Shown: positions 58,142 through 64,000 of the stretch, one piece after another
Numbering within the stretch: the first letter of the stretch is position 1
Layout of the letters: each line of letters starts with the position of its first letter
Program-made: the position numbers and the translations under genes
Notes under the pieces: model-generated
The model's input: the letters and a program-made list of their open reading frames with translations, nothing else
What the model was told of the DNA's origin: nothing
The model's database searches: none
DNA from: a virus
Taxonomy: Duplodnaviria > Heunggongvirae > Uroviricota > Caudoviricetes
Length of the DNA stretch: 64,000 nt
IMG/VR virus record: IMGVR_UViG_3300042402_007287
Reading direction: 5' to 3' (one strand)

Positions 58142-58352
58142 GTAAAAAATGAAACTCAGTCCCTGAAATATCTATGGAGAACTGTTTGTGATGTCTGTCA
58201 ATCTCTCTGAACTGGTTTATTACCGGTTGATATTCTTTTTTAGTCAATTCAAAGACCACAGTTGCTTTACCCTCGAAAAGAGTCTGTACAGATTCGGCTA
58301 CGAGAGCCAACTTGTTTATTGTCCCAAAATCATTATCTTTATTTTCTCCCAT
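58122..58352 (-). CDS. hypothetical small protein
   Basis: 76-aa ORF. Confidence 0.3.
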   Translation of the reverse strand: MGENKDNDFGTINKLALVAESVQTLFEGKATVVFELTKKEYQPVINQFREIDRHHKQFSIDISGTEFHFLLIEDES

Positions 58353-58463
58353 AATGTCAATTTTTTTGGAATTGGAATCAAATCTGTTTTCTTATACTTT
58401 TTTATTTCTTGGATGAATTTTTTCTTATCAATTTCTAAACTTTTCTTATCCTTTCCTTTTTCA

Positions 58464-58880
58464 CTATTCAGCCAATTCAATGCTATCTGATTCTTCTCCG
58501 ATTTCTGGTTCATCTAATTCGTGATTTTCAAAATCAAAATAGAGGTTCTGAAGTTTGTCTAAATCATTGTTTTCAAACGTCTTTTTTAATTGTTCAACTG
58601 TTTGTTTAAACAACATTTCCTTCAATTCTCTCTCTTTATTTATTTTTATAACTTTAAGTATTTTAGTGATTGTATTTGTTACTTCTTTATCTTTCATTTC
58701 TGTAACGAAAGATAAACCCTTGTGATTGGCGACATCTGATTCAAAAGGAATTATTTGGGTATCATCCTTAGGTAATCCCCATTTTGAAGGAAAATATAAA
58801 TCAAAACTTAAATAGTCTTTTAATTTCCTTATTGATTTAATATACTCTGAAAATTGTTCAATTTCTTTATAAAAACTCAT
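58464..58880 (-). CDS. hypothetical protein
   Basis: 138-aa ORF. Confidence 0.4.
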   Translation of the reverse strand: MSFYKEIEQFSEYIKSIRKLKDYLSFDLYFPSKWGLPKDDTQIIPFESDVANHKGLSFVTEMKDKEVTNTITKILKVIKINKERELKEMLFKQTVEQLKKTFENNDLDKLQNLYFDFENHELDEPEIGEESDSIELAE

Positions 58881-59089
58881 GTGAATTTGATAAATGTTAT
58901 AATGTAAGACAATGATAGACCTAAAATTATAAGTTCCCTGTTAGTATAAACAATTTTTTTTGGTTCTTTATCTAACAGGGTACTTATAATCCTAAATAGG
59001 TTTCTGAATACAATCAATATTGTAAAAACAAATATAAAAAAAAATGTTGATTCAATATTATGCATCTTTTTCTGATTTCTTGTGTTCAA
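58877..59089 (-). CDS. small membrane protein
   Basis: Hydrophobic stretch FFFIFVFTILIVF. Confidence 0.35.
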   Translation of the reverse strand: MNTRNQKKMHNIESTFFFIFVFTILIVFRNLFRIISTLLDKEPKKIVYTNRELIILGLSLSYIITFIKFT

Positions 59090-59240
59090 GAATTTCCCCT
59101 CTGAATTTTTGAAGTAAAGCTTTCAACTCTTGAGCTGTCTTTCTAGCTCTTGTACCTGCACTCTTGTTACCTTTAAAAAACTTGGTAGCATCAACAGATA
59201 AAACTTCAGTCAATTCTTTAATTTGTTCTAATGTTTCCAT
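59058..59240 (-). CDS. bacterial histone H1/Hc1-like DNA-binding protein (Bacteroidota type)
   Basis: FFKGNKSAGTRARKTAQELKALLQKFRGE matches the ...GN.SAGTR.RK..QELK.L... signature. Confidence 0.65.
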   Translation of the reverse strand: METLEQIKELTEVLSVDATKFFKGNKSAGTRARKTAQELKALLQKFRGEILEHKKSEKDA

Positions 59241-59316
59241 TTTGATTTAATAATTAAAGTTTATTTTGTTAAAAATGTAATTTTTTGTCCCTGGAAGTAA
59301 ACTAATAAAGGTTTTT

Positions 59317-59775
59317 TTATTTAACATTTTTTTCCATGAACTTATAAATTTCTGTAAGGATATCTAAATCGGCCTTTGAAAACTTTTTATTCACCTCAAA
59401 AACTTGGTCCACAAAAACAAAGACCTCGTCTTTGATATTTTTATCTTGTTGATTATAAAAGGTTTCACCAAAAAAATTTTTTAAATATTTTTTGTGTTCC
59501 CCGTCAGATTCGATGAATATTTTTTCTTTTGCGAAATTTTCAATCATTTTAGCCCAACACCATTCAAAATGCAATTCTTTATCCTCAACAGATAATGAAA
59601 TTTTAGTTTCATGATTTTCTTCACCCAAATAGGTGTCTTGTATTAGATATGACAAGGTTTTGAAAATGTCCCCGTAAAGTTCAATTTTTTCATAGTTCAT
59701 GTTATGGACATTGAACCATATTATAACTTCTTCGTCAGGTATTTCTTTACCTATCCATTTAAAAAAATTCTCCAT
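59317..59775 (-). CDS. hypothetical protein
   Basis: 152-aa ORF. Confidence 0.45.
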   Translation of the reverse strand: MENFFKWIGKEIPDEEVIIWFNVHNMNYEKIELYGDIFKTLSYLIQDTYLGEENHETKISLSVEDKELHFEWCWAKMIENFAKEKIFIESDGEHKKYLKNFFGETFYNQQDKNIKDEVFVFVDQVFEVNKKFSKADLDILTEIYKFMEKNVK

Positions 59776-59821
59776 AGTGATGGCTATGGAGAATTATAAA
59801 TAAAATATTTTGTTTTGTGAA

Positions 59822-61291
59822 TTACTGTGTTTTCTTATTGTAGGACATAAGTTTTTTCATTTGTTCCATTTCTCCAATAATCTTATTCGATTGCTGAGAC
59901 TCTGATAATTTATTTAAAACTTTATTTCCTTTGGATAGTTTTTTAAGGTCTTTTAACGAACCTGATGTTTGTCCCTCACCCTCTTCTTCAACAGGTGCTG
60001 GATATCTCTTGTAGGATGCTTGCATTTGTTCGTTACCATAAACATTATCTTGGAAATTTTTGAAGAACCTTTCTCCAACTTTGCTCGGTACAACGTTACC
60101 CAAAGCATTTCCATCCTCATCGACTTGAGCATTTCCCATTATTCTGTCACCTTTGAGATGTTTTTCAATTTTTTTAACATCGGGTTTGATTTCGTCAAAT
60201 ACCAAATTTGTTTGACCCGGATATGAAAAATATTCAATATATTCTTCCACCGCTTGTGAAGGTGTATATTTTTTTACCTTAGGGTCTTTTTCTAATGCAA
60301 AATTACTTTTCGGAAAGTCTACAGGGTTTTCAGTATACTCACCCTTAGACCCTGTTTTCATGTAATCTTTCATCTTTTTGACAACCTCCTTAGCATAATC
60401 CTCGTTTTCTTTTTTCGAAGCTTTAAGTGCCTTTTCAGTTTTCTTCAAACCTTCCGGTGTTTTCTTAGTGATATTTTGTTTTTCTGCCTTGTCTTTTACC
60501 TCTTTATTTTTTTTCTCCTCTAACACAATTTTTTCAATCATGTCAATTAGTTCACTTTCACTCAATCTAAGAGTATTATCGTTCTCTTTAAGACCCTTTA
60601 ATGTCATTGCCAAATTCACTTGTTTCAAAGTTTTAGAGTCGGCCGCAGATAATTTTTTATCACCTTCACCTTTTTTCATAAGTTCTTTTTTCAAACTTTT
60701 CAACTTTGATTTAGGAATTGTTTCGTCTTCAGGAACTCCAAGTTTTTTATGTAGTGCTCCTTTTTTCATATCAGTTTTTTGAATCCATTTTTTCTCCTCT
60801 TTCATTTCTCTCTGCTTATCAATATTTGAGTAAACCCCAATAACTTCTGATTTTCTACCGTCAAAATTGTCTCTTTTCTCTTTGGGTTCGGTCTTGAAAG
60901 TTTTATCTCCGACTTTGAACGATGATTTACCTTCTTTTCTAGCCTTCTCTAACTCACCTGTAAATTCATTACCTTCTTCGGTCTCACCATCTTCCTCATA
61001 CATTCCCTGCTCCAAAGAATCTCTTTCTTCTTCATCATCAATATCGGCATCAACCAATGAGTCAAAATCGTCCTCTTTAGTTTCCTTTTTTCTGAGCAAC
61101 TTGAAATCTTCAGCATCAATTTTGCCATTTTTATTCTTATCCAATTTGTGTTGCTTACCATGAAGTTTCTCTTCAATTTCTATTTCGGTCCACTCACCTA
61201 CTTCCTCAGCAATCTTTTTACTTTTGATTTCTATTTCTTCCTTTAGGATATTTGAAATCATTCTATCAATATCAAGTTGTGTTTTATCCAT
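59822..61291 (-). CDS. Lys/Glu-rich low-complexity protein, 489 aa
   Basis: N-terminus MDKTQLDIDRMISNILKEE. Confidence 0.5.
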   Translation of the reverse strand: MDKTQLDIDRMISNILKEEIEIKSKKIAEEVGEWTEIEIEEKLHGKQHKLDKNKNGKIDAEDFKLLRKKETKEDDFDSLVDADIDDEEERDSLEQGMYEEDGETEEGNEFTGELEKARKEGKSSFKVGDKTFKTEPKEKRDNFDGRKSEVIGVYSNIDKQREMKEEKKWIQKTDMKKGALHKKLGVPEDETIPKSKLKSLKKELMKKGEGDKKLSAADSKTLKQVNLAMTLKGLKENDNTLRLSESELIDMIEKIVLEEKKNKEVKDKAEKQNITKKTPEGLKKTEKALKASKKENEDYAKEVVKKMKDYMKTGSKGEYTENPVDFPKSNFALEKDPKVKKYTPSQAVEEYIEYFSYPGQTNLVFDEIKPDVKKIEKHLKGDRIMGNAQVDEDGNALGNVVPSKVGERFFKNFQDNVYGNEQMQASYKRYPAPVEEEGEGQTSGSLKDLKKLSKGNKVLNKLSESQQSNKIIGEMEQMKKLMSYNKKTQ

Positions 61292-61314
61292 TTGATTTTT
61301 TTTTATAAATATCT

Positions 61315-62205
61315 TTATTTGTGCCTTTTTGATGTTTTAACGTATTCTTTCTGAATAATAGTCTCGATTATATCTTCACTAATATTCAATTTCTGTGAGA
61401 CTTTTTTAATAGCTTCCTTTACAGACTCTGTTTTAGTCAATTTAAGAGCATTTATATCTCCTTGATTACAATATGGAAATCTTGTACATTTTTTTTTGAC
61501 TTTTACAAAACTACCACCTTTATATTGGGTTTTTCTTGAGGGTCCCCAATCTTTCTTACTTGTTGATTTCGCCCACATTGAAGGACTTGAGTACCCCCCG
61601 ACAGAACCTGATGTGGTAGCCTCCTTTGCCTCGATTTTATCAACACCGTACATCCCATCTGAAAACATTCCCTCTTTTAGACTTGGTGTCTCTGAGTCAC
61701 TTTTTTTTACAAAATCATCATCACCTCCGAACAAAGGTGCACTAAACGCCCCTGATGAACCAGACGTAGTGGCTTCTTTATTCTCTTCTTTCCCTCTTCC
61801 AGGTCTTCCGTATTTTGTTCTTTTTTTTATGTATGGGTCTTCCGTGCTCACATTAGGGACTCCGAAAGTAAACGTTGAGCCACCCTTCTCGTATTTTGCG
61901 TTTTTCTTGAAGTCTTGAAAATCCGGGTCATCCTGTAAATCTCTAGCGAATTGTTGTTTGGCTGTAACCTTACTCACATCTGACTTGGTTATTTTATTTT
62001 CTACAGGTTTATCTGAATCCTTTTCTTCCCTCATTTCTTTGGAATACTTGTTCATATCTGATAGCATTTCACCTGTGCTCCCTTGAGTTGCTGTTGTCAA
62101 TGCATTGGAGTAACTTTTTTTCAAAGAATCTTTCCATACTTTTTCTGAGCTTTCCATAATTATGAATTTTTTAATCTTGGCTCCCAATAACTTCTGTTTT
62201 GCCAC
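61315..62205 (-). CDS. hypothetical protein with an internal duplicated KEATTSGSxGxxSxP block
   Basis: 296-aa ORF. Confidence 0.5.
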   Translation of the reverse strand: MAKQKLLGAKIKKFIIMESSEKVWKDSLKKSYSNALTTATQGSTGEMLSDMNKYSKEMREEKDSDKPVENKITKSDVSKVTAKQQFARDLQDDPDFQDFKKNAKYEKGGSTFTFGVPNVSTEDPYIKKRTKYGRPGRGKEENKEATTSGSSGAFSAPLFGGDDDFVKKSDSETPSLKEGMFSDGMYGVDKIEAKEATTSGSVGGYSSPSMWAKSTSKKDWGPSRKTQYKGGSFVKVKKKCTRFPYCNQGDINALKLTKTESVKEAIKKVSQKLNISEDIIETIIQKEYVKTSKRHK

Positions 62206-62405
62206 ATGAATTGATAGAATTCTCTAAACATTTTTACGGCAATATCTTTCACTTCAGATTCAAGTTTACCACGTTTCATTTCTTTATGTACTCTATCCAA
62301 TAACTTATCTTCAAACTGTTTGATAGTGTTAGTCTCCAAGAAATTCTTTATTTCTTTTCGGATAACTGTCTCTATTTCTCTCATCTCTGTATTAGTGAGT
62401 GCCAT
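62160..62405 (-). CDS. hypothetical small protein
   Basis: 81-aa ORF. N-terminus MALTNTEMREIETVIRKEI. Confidence 0.35.
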   Translation of the reverse strand: MALTNTEMREIETVIRKEIKNFLETNTIKQFEDKLLDRVHKEMKRGKLESEVKDIAVKMFREFYQFMWQNRSYWEPRLKNS

Positions 62406-62812
62406 TATTTTTGAATTATAAAAAATGCAAGCACCCCAATAACTGCAGTGCCAACAAATGATTTGAATTTATTTTTTGTTTTTTCTTTCTTTAAATCCCA
62501 TTCTAATTTTTTCGAGTAAGATTCCACAATTCCGAACTTTTCCTTTTCTGATTTGATTATTGTTTGGTAGTTCTCCTCTTTAAGTCTTAAAGTGTTTATA
62601 ACACTATCTTTTAAACTTACTTTTTTTTCGAGTTCACCCACCTCACTTTCAACAAGTTTGAGTTGCGCCTTTGCTGAATCACCACTTAAAACATCTTTCA
62701 TGATTTGTTTCACTACAGGAATCGGAAAGCATTTCACATTATTTGTATCTGTCTGTGAAAAAGCTATCAAGCTCACGAACAGTAAGCCTATCAACGCTAT
62801 TGATTTTTTCAT
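62405..62812 (-). CDS. signal-peptide protein with a coiled coil and a C-terminal TM segment
   Basis: Signal peptide MKKSIALIGLLFVSLIAFSQ and C-terminal FVGTAVIGVLAFFII. Confidence 0.45.
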   Translation of the reverse strand: MKKSIALIGLLFVSLIAFSQTDTNNVKCFPIPVVKQIMKDVLSGDSAKAQLKLVESEVGELEKKVSLKDSVINTLRLKEENYQTIIKSEKEKFGIVESYSKKLEWDLKKEKTKNKFKSFVGTAVIGVLAFFIIQK

Positions 62813-63098
62813 GATATATTTCTTTTACTATTGTTTTTTGATTTTTTATTTTAGCAATTTTTGAATCAACTTGTTTTATTTCTTCATTAAAAGAAGTGAT
62901 TTCTTCTTCAAGTTTTAAATTGTCCTCATGTAAAATCTTTATTTGTGCAGATAGGGAGTCTAAAGCTTGTTTTTGTTGTTCTGAAATTGATGTTCTTGGG
63001 GTCAATACAAAAACCACCCAATATAAAGCAAACACAACTAAACCTATCTTAAAAATAGTTTTGTAATTCGTAGCTAAAAAATTTTTTACTTTATTCAT
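62739..63098 (-). CDS. N-terminal TM plus coiled-coil protein (i-spanin-like topology)
   Basis: N-terminal TM segment IFKIGLVVFALYWVVFVL. Overlaps the next gene by 74 nt in another frame. Confidence 0.4.
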   Translation of the reverse strand: MNKVKNFLATNYKTIFKIGLVVFALYWVVFVLTPRTSISEQQKQALDSLSAQIKILHEDNLKLEEEITSFNEEIKQVDSKIAKIKNQKTIVKEIYHEKINSVDRLTVRELDSFFTDRYK

Positions 63099-63663
63099 TT
63101 GTCTCTCTTGTTTTTTTCCGACCTGCTATAATTTTAGCCCAACGACTTTTGAATTTTTGATAATATTGTTGTAATTTATTTATCAACTCCAAAAATTCAT
63201 CATCTACTTTAATCATGGTTCCCTCTATGTAGATTCCACTATCTTCACCAATGGTGAAGGTAAAATCTAAATCTTCACCAATAATTTTACCAGACCATTC
63301 TACATTATTCGGATAGACATTCAATGTATTGAAATCGACCAAATCAGACACTTCATCCACGAACTCCTCCATGGAGTCTTGGAATGCAATTTTATCATCT
63401 GTTGTTATGTCTAAGTCGGTTTTACTTTTACCATGTAATGCTAAAATTCCACCAGACACTCTATACTTTTGTACTTTGTCTTTGGGAGATGATGGTCCCT
63501 CTTCATAATCCATATCGAACTCATCTGCATCTTGAGATATTTTCGTTTCGATATCTTTGGCTACGTTGATTTGTGACATGTCACTTTTTTGTTCGAAAAT
63601 CATTTTTGATTTCTTCAAAAGTGATTTAATTTCATCGTATCTTTCATTGTGCAAATTGCTCAT
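63091..63663 (-). CDS. hypothetical protein
   Basis: 190-aa ORF. Confidence 0.45.
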   Translation of the reverse strand: MSNLHNERYDEIKSLLKKSKMIFEQKSDMSQINVAKDIETKISQDADEFDMDYEEGPSSPKDKVQKYRVSGGILALHGKSKTDLDITTDDKIAFQDSMEEFVDEVSDLVDFNTLNVYPNNVEWSGKIIGEDLDFTFTIGEDSGIYIEGTMIKVDDEFLELINKLQQYYQKFKSRWAKIIAGRKKTRETNE

Positions 63664-63976
63664 TTTCTAAAAATTTTACAAAGTTTTCAAAATTAAAAGA
63701 GGGGTTCAAATCAGTGAACCGTTGGTCATAATTACTTCTTGTGGAAATTCCCTCGAATCTTTCTATTCCATCAACCTTAGTGTTATGACCGACACAACTT
63801 TTTTTTATTTGGAAAAGTTCAATCAATTTGGAACAAAGTTTAGATGTTTCTGTTATTTGAACATCAGAATATGGTTCCCAAAAGAAAAAATCTCTCCATT
63901 TTTTTTCGTAAACTTTCTCATTATAAATACTCCCATCCCAACTAATATACTCGTTAGATAGGGGTTTCTTTTCCAA
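63644..63976 (-). CDS. hypothetical protein
   Basis: 110-aa ORF. Confidence 0.4.
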   Translation of the reverse strand: MEKKPLSNEYISWDGSIYNEKVYEKKWRDFFFWEPYSDVQITETSKLCSKLIELFQIKKSCVGHNTKVDGIERFEGISTRSNYDQRFTDLNPSFNFENFVKFLENEQFAQ

Positions 63977-64000
63977 CCATCCTAAGTTTTCTAAGCAAAC

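Noticed and set aside
58316-58513. 65-aa minus-strand ORF
   Set aside because: It overlaps both 58122..58352 and 58464..58880 and is likely spurious.
1-64000. Giant-virus (mimivirus-like) origin, suggested by collagen repeats, glycosyltransferases, DnaJ, Trx/Grx and LRR
   Set aside because: The bacterial umuDC, Dam methylase, Hc1 histone-like protein, DnaA boxes, phage S74 fibre chaperone domains, DUF3310 and intrinsic terminators all point to a bacteriophage.
1-64000. CRISPR arrays or integrase and attachment sites
   Set aside because: No regularly spaced direct repeats and no tyrosine or serine recombinase motif were seen. The window shows no host-junction signature.

Overview
This window reads as a contiguous stretch of a large, AT-rich dsDNA bacteriophage genome. 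By eye it is roughly one-third GC. It does not look like a giant virus or like chromosomal DNA.

Several things point to a phage, probably one infecting Bacteroidota:
- about 100 densely packed ORFs, most on the minus strand
- rho-independent terminators whose stems only close fully, via G-U pairs, in minus-strand RNA
- three tandem, translationally coupled collagen-like (Gly-X-Y) fibre genes that each end in a phage tail-fibre intramolecular-chaperone (peptidase S74) domain
- DUF3310, a umuD/umuC pair and a Dam methylase
- a Bacteroidota-type Hc1/H1 histone-like protein and perfect DnaA boxes

No capsid, portal or terminase genes are visible. The window is therefore an accessory/early region plus fibres.

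Genes recognised with reasonable confidence:
- UDP-galactopyranose mutase plus two glycosyltransferases
- a Y-family polymerase (UmuC) with a UmuD-like protein and an Smr protein
- APS kinase, a sulfotransferase and a DHH/DHHA1 phosphoesterase, which could form a PAPS sulfation circuit
- a NadM-type NMNAT-like nucleotidyltransferase and a Nudix hydrolase
- beta-class and Dam DNA methyltransferases
- DnaJ, an eight-repeat CxxCxGxG zinc-finger protein and an SPFH/band-7 protein
- thioredoxin and glutaredoxin
- pterin-4a-carbinolamine dehydratase
- a 2OG-Fe(II) oxygenase, an FkbM methyltransferase, DUF192, and an LRR protein

The most unusual observations are:
- a roughly 20-residue N-terminal helix motif (RLTExDLxxLVxxVIxEQ) shared by at least 10 otherwise unrelated proteins
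- the phage-borne sulfation gene set
- a 1.3 kb ORF-free, GC-elevated island that may be a large structured RNA
- a six-member family of small paralogous proteins
- a conserved intergenic hairpin element that shows covariation between its two copies
- a G/C-homopolymer island with DnaA boxes and clustered palindromes

CDS starts come from the ORF track, which allows TTG/GTG starts, so true start codons may differ. All similarity calls are from manual motif recognition; no database search was run.
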